A model generated the notes under the pieces. It did not search any database, was not told the origin of the DNA, and saw only the letters and a list, made by a program, of their open reading frames with translations. The position numbers were made by a program, and so were the translations under genes. Positions 8,351 through 17,148 of a stretch of 64,000 nucleotides of DNA are shown in pieces. This DNA comes from Escherichia typing phage 1: sequence record KP869100, one strand, 5' to 3'. Positions within the stretch are counted from its first letter, which is position 1; the number at the start of each line of letters is the position of its first letter.

Positions 8351-8441
8351 TTTTGAATCTCCTAGTTTAAGGGTTGATTTGGTAAAGCTCTTTATCTGGG
8401 GCTTAAGATATCAGCTTTTAAGCCCCTTGTAAAGTACTTTA
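8351..8441 (-). promoter_or_regulatory. type-B cassette B6
   Basis: GGGGCTTAA..TTAAGCCCC hairpin; palindrome; conserved leader/SD. Confidence 0.5.
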
Positions 8442-8648
8442 TTAGGCATCGTAGTAATAAACTGCTGTCTGTCTTATGTACTTTCTTGTATTTCTTGTAA
8501 GGTAGCAATTAGAGTTTATAGCTGTTTCTACATAGTTGCAATAGTCAGCCTCTGATATTCTAGACCATGCGCCACATACTTGCATGTAAAAACGTTTTAC
8601 CTTTGTGTTAACGTTAGTTGTAACCATCAATTCACGACTATAAAGCAT
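8442..8648 (-). CDS. hypothetical small protein
   Basis: 68-aa ORF downstream of the promoter at 8698-8726. Confidence 0.4.
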   Translation of the reverse strand: MLYSRELMVTTNVNTKVKRFYMQVCGAWSRISEADYCNYVETAINSNCYLTRNTRKYIRQTAVYYYDA

Positions 8649-8697
8649 TTTCGATTCTCCAGTTTAGGAAGTGGGCTTGCTTGCCCGTCTGATGCAA

Positions 8698-8726
8698 ATA
8701 GTACGTAAACTTGTTTGGCGTGTCAA
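8698..8726 (-). promoter_or_regulatory. sigma70-like promoter TTGACA-N17-TACTAT
   Basis: -35 (rc TGTCAA) at 8721-8726, -10 (rc ATAGTA) at 8698-8703, 17-nt spacer; followed by a short hairpin and GGAGAA SD. Confidence 0.5.
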
Positions 8727-8894
8727 CGGTTTTTATTAAATATTTTTTGTAAGGTTGGGAAATGAACGGGCGCGCACGACTACCACAAAACAGAACACAA
8801 ATCAAGAATTATTTTTCAACCCGCTACAAATTTTTCTCTTGACTTTTGGGGAGAGGTGGAGTAAGAGGGGGAGAGGGGTTGGTCTGGCTCTCTA

Positions 8895-9090
8895 TAAAAA
8901 CCTACCTGCACGATTCTAAAATGATTTTTCTTGCCCGACCTGAGCGGGGTCTGCACGTTTTGAAAATGAAAAAGCTCTTTGGAGATTACCTGCACAGTTT
9001 GAAAATGAATTTTCTCTTTGGAGTTCAAAATTCTCTCTACAGATTTCTCTACAGAACTCTACCTGCACAATCCTGAAATGAAAAAGCCCT
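8895..9090. repeat. four direct repeats (CCTGCAC-N-TGAAAATGA) in a GC-richer non-coding island
   Basis: acctgcacgattctaaaatga, tctgcacgttttgaaaatga, acctgcacagtttgaaaatga, acctgcacaatcctgaaatga; surrounding G-rich tract ggggagaggtggagtaagagggggagagggg. Confidence 0.6.
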
Positions 9091-9154
9091 CCTTACCTGA
9101 AAAATTTACCAGATAAAGAAGGCTTAGTCTATTGTGAATATTATACAGAGTTTC

Positions 9155-9940
9155 TTAGTTCTTTGCGTCTAAGAAGGTAACTTCTGGTGAAGAGAAGACC
9201 GTCTCGATATCCTCATCAGTTCTTGCATAAATATATGTATCTGCATCACTGCCAAATGTTACGGCTATCCTGTGATTGCTCTTCGACAGGTGGGTAACTA
9301 GAGCGTTACTTAGAGACATCTTCTCAACCGGAGGGTTACTTTGATGTATCTTACCTTTTCTTCGTCTGAAGAGGGTAACTGTATCATCTTTGAACGTTAC
9401 TACACCTGCAAAGTATTCTGGTTCACAGTAGTTATTCCAACCTGAGCGTAACTTGTGGTACATCTCTCCTTCGTAGACATACAGATAAACATCTACACTC
9501 TTCATCACCTGATTAATGATAACTGTGACGGCTTGAGGGTCAAGTCCACCGATACCTGCACCAATCATAGGTAAACCAACCTTCTTCAACTGATTAACTT
9601 CACAGTATCTGTTAAGCTGTTTCAAAGATGACTCTAAAGCACTGTATCGGGCATCTTTACCAGTCTTAAGCTGAGTGTAAAGGTTAGCTATACGACCTTG
9701 TTTTAAACGTGCTACAGAGAAATTACCCAGTAAATTTTCACAGGGTTTGTGTCCTATACCACCTGCATACAGATAAACTTCTGTATCGGTCTCATATGCT
9801 TTTGGGTAAAGTTTAGAAATCTTGTCAGCGATACCTGCACCCATTAAATTCATACAGTTGCAACCGTGACCGATGATGTCAAACTTACCTTTATCAAATG
9901 CGGCAAAGATATCACCATTAATTATTTTTACAATACCCAT
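9155..9940 (-). CDS. macro-domain protein (ADP-ribose binding/processing) with about 90-aa C-terminal extension
   Basis: 261 aa; GDIFAAF..FDIIGHGCNCMNLMGAGIA and GLPMIGAGIGGL resemble the two macro-domain signature blocks. Confidence 0.55.
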   Translation of the reverse strand: MGIVKIINGDIFAAFDKGKFDIIGHGCNCMNLMGAGIADKISKLYPKAYETDTEVYLYAGGIGHKPCENLLGNFSVARLKQGRIANLYTQLKTGKDARYSALESSLKQLNRYCEVNQLKKVGLPMIGAGIGGLDPQAVTVIINQVMKSVDVYLYVYEGEMYHKLRSGWNNYCEPEYFAGVVTFKDDTVTLFRRRKGKIHQSNPPVEKMSLSNALVTHLSKSNHRIAVTFGSDADTYIYARTDEDIETVFSSPEVTFLDAKN

Positions 9941-10141
9941 TTAACATCTCTCCCAAGATTCTTTGTCTTCTGAAGGTTTTACACGTTGTCCTTCGTGGTC
10001 TACCCAGATGCACCCACAACCTTCACAGATTACTGGCATTGCATAACCAGCTTTAAAGTCATCTTCAGTGATAAGACCTTTTAAGTCACCTGTATCACGT
10101 CCGAACATTTCGATAGAACAGTCTTTGCAGAAGTCAGCCAT
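9941..10141 (-). CDS. small Cys-rich protein (putative zinc-binding)
   Basis: Track ORF trimmed to the ATG at 10139-10141; CKDC ... CEGCGC motifs; translationally coupled to the macro gene. Confidence 0.4.
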   Translation of the reverse strand: MADFCKDCSIEMFGRDTGDLKGLITEDDFKAGYAMPVICEGCGCIWVDHEGQRVKPSEDKESWERC

Positions 10142-10361
10142 TGATAATTGCCTCTTGAATGATGATACCTTTACCACAACGGCTTTTAAAATCTTCCAAC
10201 GGTTGGGAGATGAAGCCACGCAAGCAATCACTAAACACTAAGTTTTTCCTGTAGGCTATCACATCGTTTGCTGTAAACGGGATGACTTCATTTCTTCCAA
10301 TGAATACTGCTGACCGGATGAGTTTCCGTGTCTTTTTATCTCTGGCTAGAATTACTCTCAT
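10134..10361 (-). CDS. hypothetical small protein
   Basis: 75-aa ORF; overlaps neighbours by a few nt. Confidence 0.4.
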   Translation of the reverse strand: MRVILARDKKTRKLIRSAVFIGRNEVIPFTANDVIAYRKNLVFSDCLRGFISQPLEDFKSRCGKGIIIQEAIING

Positions 10362-10701
10362 AGTTTACCTTCTCAGTTAGCTCATATAAATCAACATGCT
10401 CAATACTATCAATGTTGATATCAATCTTTTTGAAGCGTTCTATCACTTCGTTGTCAGTCATCCATATCAGACACCAATGATTCTGAATGGATTCTTCAAG
10501 AAGGTCAACACAATCTTTAAAAGTTTTTGTATCACTTCTCGTTCCAACTACTGCGATTGTTCCATATAGCCACCCACCATTGCCATAAGATACTTGCGCT
10601 ACGCCAACTTCTTTACCTTTCTCGTAGTAAACGGCTACAAAGTCTCTTCCATTAATCTGCATTTGTAAGTTCCTCTGTTGGTAATTCACCATTTTCAGCA
10701 A
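10336..10701 (-). CDS. hypothetical protein
   Basis: 121-aa ORF; start uncertain (internal Met at 10662 possible). Confidence 0.45.
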   Translation of the reverse strand: MLKMVNYQQRNLQMQINGRDFVAVYYEKGKEVGVAQVSYGNGGWLYGTIAVVGTRSDTKTFKDCVDLLEESIQNHWCLIWMTDNEVIERFKKIDINIDSIEHVDLYELTEKVNYESNSSQR

Positions 10702-10966
10702 AGTATTGAAGGTACGGCAACAACTCTTTTACCTGTTCTTGATTGAGCTTCATTCTTTGATTACCTATAAAATCTTTACCAACTAATGCTGGGATATCAA
10801 GTGTTTTCCAGCCATTATCTAGGTACTGAACAGAGACCTCTTTAGCACCTAACCAGATACATGGTTCGTATGATGAACTCTCTTGTAAAGTACAAATTTC
10901 CCCTTTAGCATCTTTAAATTCTGCATAAGAAAATCCACGATTTGTTGGCTGGAATTGCATAATCAT
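10652..10966 (-). CDS. hypothetical protein
   Basis: 104-aa ORF. Confidence 0.45.
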   Translation of the reverse strand: MIMQFQPTNRGFSYAEFKDAKGEICTLQESSSYEPCIWLGAKEVSVQYLDNGWKTLDIPALVGKDFIGNQRMKLNQEQVKELLPYLQYFAENGELPTEELTNAD

Positions 10967-11235
10967 TTCCTCGTTTTAAGAACTGCTAAGATTTCTTTAG
11001 AGTCTGGTAGGAACCATGTGTAGTGATTCTCTTTGATTTCTGGATGAGTGTCAACCTTTATTTTGCACTCTTTACCAACATGCTTAAGCTGTGCTGTGAT
11101 ACCTTGCATAAAGATGTGACACATTACATTATCCATAATCGTAGGTAAGAAATCAATCCTCATGTAAGTATCTTTCGGTCTCGGTAGAAGTAAGTAACCT
11201 TCTGTGTAGAAAGTTTCATCATTACTTTGTGTCAT
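10963..11235 (-). CDS. hypothetical protein
   Basis: 90-aa ORF; ATGA-type overlap with the upstream gene. Confidence 0.45.
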   Translation of the reverse strand: MTQSNDETFYTEGYLLLPRPKDTYMRIDFLPTIMDNVMCHIFMQGITAQLKHVGKECKIKVDTHPEIKENHYTWFLPDSKEILAVLKTRK

Positions 11236-11501
11236 TACTGCTTATTCCCTAATAAAATCATATCAATCAAGTTGTTAGCTTTCATAGTACACTGATAGTA
11301 CCCGTCACGATAAAACTCAAGGGCTTCTGATAAGTCTGCACCAGTGTTACCTTTGACAGCATATCTTACATCTTCCTGAGTGTACTTATCACTTTCACTT
11401 ACTTGGGAGTTTTTGAATGTATTGCTCACTTTGTTCGTTGAACACCCTGACATAGTTATCAGTAACACAAACATTATAAAACTCTGGCTTAGTCTTTTCA
11501 T
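11235..11501 (-). CDS. lipoprotein (outer-membrane spanin candidate)
   Basis: 88 aa; signal MKRLSQSFIMFVLLITMSGC with a lipobox-like Cys; overlaps the 3' end of the upstream membrane protein in another frame, as in Rz/Rz1. Confidence 0.4.
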   Translation of the reverse strand: MKRLSQSFIMFVLLITMSGCSTNKVSNTFKNSQVSESDKYTQEDVRYAVKGNTGADLSEALEFYRDGYYQCTMKANNLIDMILLGNKQ

Positions 11502-11742
11502 ATGTCAGTACCTCTTTTGTGTGCTTATTCTTAGCAAGCACGTCTTTCAAATCATTTTTGTAATTGGTGCTCAGTGTAGCTAATCCTTCCTGATAAGCAT
11601 CTTTAGCAACACTTATTAGCTTCTGGTTGTTTAGCTCAGTTTCAGCAACTTGGTAGTCTCTGTAAGAGTATCCTCCCCAGACACCTGCCCCAACTAAGAA
11701 AACAATTATGAAAGTAGCTTGACAGAACTCTTTAAATGTCAT
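11395..11742 (-). CDS. N-terminally membrane-anchored protein (inner-membrane spanin candidate)
   Basis: 115 aa; TM segment FIIVFLVGAGVWGGY then a helical periplasmic part; overlapping lipoprotein gene. Confidence 0.4.
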   Translation of the reverse strand: MTFKEFCQATFIIVFLVGAGVWGGYSYRDYQVAETELNNQKLISVAKDAYQEGLATLSTNYKNDLKDVLAKNKHTKEVLTYEKTKPEFYNVCVTDNYVRVFNEQSEQYIQKLPSK

Positions 11743-11756
11743 TTAACAATCTCCTG

Positions 11757-11782
11757 AAATGAAAAAGGCTCCCGAAGGAGCC
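11757..11782 (-). terminator. intrinsic terminator (GGCTCC-CGAA-GGAGCC)
   Basis: Perfect 6-bp stem with CGAA loop at 11767-11782, T-run on the minus strand. Confidence 0.6.
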
Positions 11783-11794
11783 TGTATCTTAACC

Positions 11795-12274
11795 TTAACC
11801 GAGGACTTTAGCAAGGATATTTGCAGCCATCGAAGAAGCTTTTGCAGCAGCAACTACGCCAGCTTTGACAGTGCTATCCTTAATAGCAGATACCGTTGCA
11901 GCATCAGTAAAGAGATAAGTGATTGTTTTGGAACCACTTGTAAAGGAAAGCATAAGAGTAGTTTCCAGATTGAAAGAGCGATACGGAGCACCTTCTTTAA
12001 CGATACCTTCAGCACCTAACTCTGAAGCCTTACCCATATCATAGATAGTCATCAGGTTTTCTTTGTGTGCAGTCGTTGAACCAACACCTTTTACGTGCTT
12101 CTTAACGTTCAACAATGCACGATATTCACGAATGCTACCATCAGCTTTTACATTAACAGCACGGAAAATTTTACCTTCAAAGTTACCTTGAATCATTTTA
12201 CGAACTACTTCAGATTTGTTTGCCGTATCGTCCAGTGCTACCGTAATAATATTGTTCATAAGTTCTTCTCTCAA
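11795..12274 (-). CDS. hypothetical protein
   Basis: 159-aa ORF; Ala-rich C-terminus. Confidence 0.5.
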   Translation of the reverse strand: MREELMNNIITVALDDTANKSEVVRKMIQGNFEGKIFRAVNVKADGSIREYRALLNVKKHVKGVGSTTAHKENLMTIYDMGKASELGAEGIVKEGAPYRSFNLETTLMLSFTSGSKTITYLFTDAATVSAIKDSTVKAGVVAAAKASSMAANILAKVLG

Positions 12275-12966
12275 TGTTTAACTAACATAGTTTTAATGTG
12301 TGGAAGGATTCTGTTTACCTTCTGAACATTATTCTCTGTATCTTCTATAAAGCATACTATATTAAAGTAAGGAAGAATGCAAGACTGAATCATCCTCACT
12401 TTCAAACTTTCTGCACTTATAGAGTTAGTTCCAAAACCACGCATAAAAAGCAAGTAATCATGCTCTATATTGTGCCTTAAAAACATCTCAGTAGGTATTC
12501 TCTGAGATTCACCTCTTGCTGTCAAGAGTCCAACTGCTGCATGATTTGCAATTGCATCAATAATGTTGAAAACATATGTTGGCTTTGCTCTTACAGAATC
12601 AAGAAGATTAGTGTACTGTGAGAATGAACCATCAGTCAATTCCGTTGAGCAATCTTCGTGATTAAAATTTGTAAGAACACCATCAATATCTGCTAAGATG
12701 AGGTTACCTTTTTCTACAAGGTCTTTATTGACTATGACTAAACTATCGCGCCTTACACCTATAGTTTGTCCAGTCTCTTTGTCCACAACGTTCACAATTG
12801 GTTCTGATGTGTGGAACTCTTCCAGTGAACATACAACTTCTCTTGCAGTGTCTTCAAAATCCCTACACTGTTCTGGAGTCCATACACAGGAATCAAGACC
12901 TAACTCATGAGGATGTAAGTCATAAGCGTGGCACAGGACTTCATCAGACTTTTTTAATTTTTTCAT
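12271..12966 (-). CDS. HAD-superfamily phosphatase-like protein
   Basis: 231 aa; LILADIDGVLTNF matches HAD motif I (DxDGVL). Confidence 0.45.
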   Translation of the reverse strand: MKKLKKSDEVLCHAYDLHPHELGLDSCVWTPEQCRDFEDTAREVVCSLEEFHTSEPIVNVVDKETGQTIGVRRDSLVIVNKDLVEKGNLILADIDGVLTNFNHEDCSTELTDGSFSQYTNLLDSVRAKPTYVFNIIDAIANHAAVGLLTARGESQRIPTEMFLRHNIEHDYLLFMRGFGTNSISAESLKVRMIQSCILPYFNIVCFIEDTENNVQKVNRILPHIKTMLVKH

Positions 12967-13492
12967 GGTTTACCTTAGAAATGTTTGTTGCAAATTCACA
13001 TTGAGCAATAACTTTCATGTTGTTATAGACATCTTGAGAATATTTCTTAGCTTTAGGGATTCTGTACGAATACCCAGCATTATATGATGCTAAAACTTTT
13101 TGTAAAGTCTTCTTTGACTTTGGGTGACCATGCACCTTCGTCCAAAACTCAAGCTCTTTATGTGTTTCTTTTGCGGCATAGTCAAAATCTTTTAAGAGTT
13201 TCTTTTTAGCAACATTAGGACTAATTTTGTTACGCTTTACAACAGTCTTCAAGTGATTCTGGAAGATACCATAGTCATGGGTCTTTTTATTTTCTACCTT
13301 CAGACCTAACTCTGACTCTTGTAAGGCTATAGCTGCTAGAGTGATACCCCAACCTTTACCCATGTTATTCTCACCATACTGGTAAGCTTTTAACATGTTC
13401 ACTTTTTGGCTAATTGATAGTTCTGGGCAGTCAACTGCATAAGATAAGTGTGCTGTAAACATTAAGCACAAACCTAGAATCAATTTCTTCAT
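12944..13492 (-). CDS. secreted lytic transglycosylase (SLT domain; candidate endolysin)
   Basis: 182 aa; N-terminal signal peptide; SLT motifs ALQESELG, GIFQ and AYNAGYSY. Confidence 0.65.
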   Translation of the reverse strand: MKKLILGLCLMFTAHLSYAVDCPELSISQKVNMLKAYQYGENNMGKGWGITLAAIALQESELGLKVENKKTHDYGIFQNHLKTVVKRNKISPNVAKKKLLKDFDYAAKETHKELEFWTKVHGHPKSKKTLQKVLASYNAGYSYRIPKAKKYSQDVYNNMKVIAQCEFATNISKVNHEKIKKV

Positions 13493-13592
13493 TGGTTCTC
13501 CTGTTTAGTTTATCGTGACATCAATTATACAGCACTCTGCACAAAATACAAATAAAAAAGGCCGCCGAAGCAGCCTTTTAAGAAATTACTTA

Positions 13593-14702
13593 TTAGATTT
13601 CACGTTTACGTTGAGAGATGAGTTCACCAGCAGTGCCAACGATGACATGCAAAGCTTCAGTCTTACCGTCCCATGCTTCCAGCACTTTACGTTGATTATC
13701 AACGATTGCTGCAACTTCATAACGAGAGGAACGCATCTTCATATCATTGTAATCAGTTGGAACAGATACAACATCTCGTGGATGTACGCGAACCTTCAGG
13801 ATTGTATCACCTGAGAAGCAACGAACATAATCCCAAGCACCAACATGAAGACCTTGAGAGCAAGTTACGTTACGGTTATTATCAACCATCCAACGTGGCA
13901 TTTCTACAATGTTACCCAAATCATTAGGCACTTTGTAGGTGTGAGAGTCAACCAGCTTGCCTTCACGAGTAGAGACTTTCTTCCAACCAATGATGTAGCC
14001 TTCTTCATCAATTTCAACATCAAGGTGAGATACAAATCCCCAAAGTTGTTCTACAGAATCTTTAGATGGGTTTTCCATCAGTTTTTCGAAGAACATTACA
14101 AGTCGTTCAAAACCTTTATCGCCAGTTTTCATCATGTGAAGAATACGGTCAACCAGAGTAGAACGCATCTCAACAGCACCGTAGAATAGCTTGTCGCCTT
14201 TGATTGTGATAGCACCCTGAGTGAAGTTTTCGATAGACTTACGAATGTTCATCAGTTCAAATGCTTTCTTGAACTGACCTTTCACAACATGAACTACAAT
14301 CTCTTGATAGTTCGGATGAGTAGACTCAACAATTTCAGATTCTGAACCATAAGTCATAATTACAGAATCACCAGTAATCATGTACTCAATCTTGTCATCT
14401 TTCTGCATAGCTTCGTGCAGTTTATTTACTGGAGCTTTCTGTACAGTGTCTTTAACGACCTTTTCAACTGGTTTGCCAGCTTTCTTTTTAAAAGTCTTAG
14501 CAAATTGTTTCAAAGTCTTCGTAGCTGGTGTAGAAGTTGCCTTCTTCTTGCCTTTTAAGGTTGCTTCATGACGCTCTACAGCACGACCAACTGAACGGGT
14601 TGAAGTATTGAACTTCTGTGCAATAGCTGTTTTAGTCAGCTTACCTTCTTTAACCAGTTTGTAAATTTCTGCGTCAATCTGTGCTTTAGTTTTAGTAGTC
14701 AT
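13593..14702 (-). CDS. putative rIIB-like protein with N-terminal HTH
   Basis: 369 aa; immediately downstream of the rIIA-like gene as in T4; HTH-like LTKTAIAQKFNTSTRSVGRAVERH; assigned by synteny only. Confidence 0.4.
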   Translation of the reverse strand: MTTKTKAQIDAEIYKLVKEGKLTKTAIAQKFNTSTRSVGRAVERHEATLKGKKKATSTPATKTLKQFAKTFKKKAGKPVEKVVKDTVQKAPVNKLHEAMQKDDKIEYMITGDSVIMTYGSESEIVESTHPNYQEIVVHVVKGQFKKAFELMNIRKSIENFTQGAITIKGDKLFYGAVEMRSTLVDRILHMMKTGDKGFERLVMFFEKLMENPSKDSVEQLWGFVSHLDVEIDEEGYIIGWKKVSTREGKLVDSHTYKVPNDLGNIVEMPRWMVDNNRNVTCSQGLHVGAWDYVRCFSGDTILKVRVHPRDVVSVPTDYNDMKMRSSRYEVAAIVDNQRKVLEAWDGKTEALHVIVGTAGELISQRKREI

Positions 14703-14781
14703 CTTATTACTCTCTCTTGTTAGTTAATCAATCAATTTGTGAGGCTATTCTAAGGGGCTTCAAAGCCCCTTGTCAAACACT

Positions 14782-17148
14782 TTAATCGTAAATTGTTGTA
14801 CCTTCTGGAACACATTTCACATTAAAGCCTAAAAACTTACTCACTTCGATAGGTGATACTTTATTCCAATCTAAGTGTGAAAGCAAGAAGTTTTCTTGTT
14901 TTCTTTTTGAAAGATAGTTTGTCAGCTTGATAACCATGCGGTCACCTGCTTTTTTAATCTTTTTGTACAGTTTTGTGTCATTATCAAGGCATGACTTCAA
15001 ATCCTGAAGAACACTGATAGTGTAAGTGTATGCAAACGGTGCAGCCACATACTGAATCTTACCGAACATTGCCTCAACAGCATCTTCATTCCCTTCTAAG
15101 AAGATTGTCTTAATAGTATCCCTTGAATAACAATACCCGCGAGAAATCTTCCTGTTATTGAACGTAAAGTTTCTGGCAATAATCCAACTGCTTGTAAGGT
15201 CGAGGACACCATCCATGTAGATGCGTGTCATATACCTGTTATGGTTAATCCAATGAACATCAGTTAAGCTGTCGTTCAAGAGCTTCTCATCTACTTCAAT
15301 CCAGTCTTCTGGTATCTTTTTCCAATTTGCTTTTCGGAAAACATAGACTGTCTTGCCTGTAACATTAGCAACTGACTTAGCTACATCCTCTGGAGATGAG
15401 CAAAAACATCTACCATCAACTGTGTCACCTACTGCCTTAATATAAAGCTGAGGCTCTTCAATTGTGTCTAAGTCTTCTGACACCTCTTTGTATGAAGCTT
15501 TAGTTTCTGCTGGAACAGCTTTCCAGAGTTTTACAACACCCCTTACAGCTTCTTTACGCTGATAGTGGTGTTCCTTATCAGACATCTTCACAATCTTTAA
15601 CAAGCTTTTATCAAGTTTGTGTAGATTGATTAAATCATCTAACTCTTTTTCAGTCGAGAATACAAAGACAATACCATTGTATCTGTGAAACAGATTTGAC
15701 TCACTGGCGTAGTCTCGACATGCACCACGCAAAATTTGATTGCGTCCTACAGTCTTCTCAGTACCGTTTTTATTGCGACGGTCATTAATCACGAACAAAA
15801 ACTGTTCAATTTGGCTTTTACGCATTGCACCAAAGATATTGAACATGCTTGCCTCTTGAGTGTAGGAAAGTGCTGTTGCACGAATCTTACTCTCTAAAGA
15901 GTTGAACTTGACATAAGCAACTGGGTCATAAAGATAATCTACTTTAGGGATATTGTTCCCGTTCCTATCAACCTTAATATTGCCTTTACCGTCACGTTCA
16001 TAAATGACTGAGCCGTCTTCTGCGTAGATAATTCCACGACGAATGTTTAACAATTCTTCTTCCAGAGAATCAAGCTTAATGCCTCCCCACTCTAGCTTTG
16101 GACACACAGCATTAAACATCTCTCGTGAGTTCAAACGTAGCTCTGCATAAGCCTGTGCAGCATCCATGAGTGTAGGTTGGCTATTAACTTTCTTGATAAC
16201 ATCCTTTGTAATTGCTTCAGTTATCTTTTTGGTAGCCTCGATGATAACATTTTTTGTCGTATCATTCATCTGCAATGCTTCACGAGAAGCTGCTATAGCA
16301 ACTGAACCAATAGGCATGTAGATGTTTACAAGGTCTACGCTCCTACGGAAAAACTCTGGCAAGACTTTGAAGAAATCATCACCAAGTAATGCTTCCATGT
16401 TCACTGGATAGGCAATATTACCCATCACCACATTAAACTCTGTCCTGTTACCACTAGAACGCCAGCTTTGCTTATGAATCATGGCATCATAAACACCTTC
16501 TTCACGGGCAATGACGTTCATATCTGCTAATACATCGTCGTACTCAATATTACTTTCTGGTTTTACAGTGAAGTATGAGTACACATTTCCAGCTTCTTCA
16601 AAGAACTTTGAGATACGGTGGTCAGCAACTGCCACACGTACAGCTAAACCATTAGGTTCTTTTGTTGGGTTAGTGGTCAGCTTAGTTACTTGAGGGATAC
16701 CATTCTCAAGATAAACAGAGTACTTATTAACAACACCATCAACATAGCTAGATACTGTGAATGACTGAGCAATTGCAAATGGGGATTTTGAGCCGATACC
16801 CATTGCACCAATGTAGTCATTAGAGTCATTCTTCGTAGAAGCCCCGTAGTTTAGGTACAAACTCATAACTTTATCATGAGTCAATCCAGTTCCAAAATCA
16901 CGAACTTCAAAGTAAGGCTCAAAACGAGTAGGTAAATGCACATGGAACGGAATGTTCTCTTTTCCAGCTTCTTTCTGAGCATCTACTGCGTTACATGACA
17001 GTTCACGAATCACTGCCCTTTCTTTAAAGGTATATACACCAGAACTCAAAAGGCTGAACATCTCAGGTGTCATTGTAATCTGTGCTTGAGACGTCTCTAA
17101 AGAAGTTGAACTCTTAATCACTTCTGCGTGGTCATTTACCATGCGCAT
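14782..17148 (-). CDS. rIIA: rIIA-like protein (GHKL ATPase fold)
   Basis: 788 aa; GHKL motifs IRELSCNAVDA, DFGTGLT, GAMGIGSKS. Confidence 0.65.
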   Translation of the reverse strand: MRMVNDHAEVIKSSTSLETSQAQITMTPEMFSLLSSGVYTFKERAVIRELSCNAVDAQKEAGKENIPFHVHLPTRFEPYFEVRDFGTGLTHDKVMSLYLNYGASTKNDSNDYIGAMGIGSKSPFAIAQSFTVSSYVDGVVNKYSVYLENGIPQVTKLTTNPTKEPNGLAVRVAVADHRISKFFEEAGNVYSYFTVKPESNIEYDDVLADMNVIAREEGVYDAMIHKQSWRSSGNRTEFNVVMGNIAYPVNMEALLGDDFFKVLPEFFRRSVDLVNIYMPIGSVAIAASREALQMNDTTKNVIIEATKKITEAITKDVIKKVNSQPTLMDAAQAYAELRLNSREMFNAVCPKLEWGGIKLDSLEEELLNIRRGIIYAEDGSVIYERDGKGNIKVDRNGNNIPKVDYLYDPVAYVKFNSLESKIRATALSYTQEASMFNIFGAMRKSQIEQFLFVINDRRNKNGTEKTVGRNQILRGACRDYASESNLFHRYNGIVFVFSTEKELDDLINLHKLDKSLLKIVKMSDKEHHYQRKEAVRGVVKLWKAVPAETKASYKEVSEDLDTIEEPQLYIKAVGDTVDGRCFCSSPEDVAKSVANVTGKTVYVFRKANWKKIPEDWIEVDEKLLNDSLTDVHWINHNRYMTRIYMDGVLDLTSSWIIARNFTFNNRKISRGYCYSRDTIKTIFLEGNEDAVEAMFGKIQYVAAPFAYTYTISVLQDLKSCLDNDTKLYKKIKKAGDRMVIKLTNYLSKRKQENFLLSHLDWNKVSPIEVSKFLGFNVKCVPEGTTIYD

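Noticed and set aside
8816-9076. Track ORFs 8816-9028 (-) and 8846-9076 (+) in the GC-rich island
   Set aside because: Their reading frames are generated by the DNA direct repeats, they lack ribosome-binding sites, and the plus-strand one opposes the surrounding transcription; treated as non-coding, though translation cannot be excluded.
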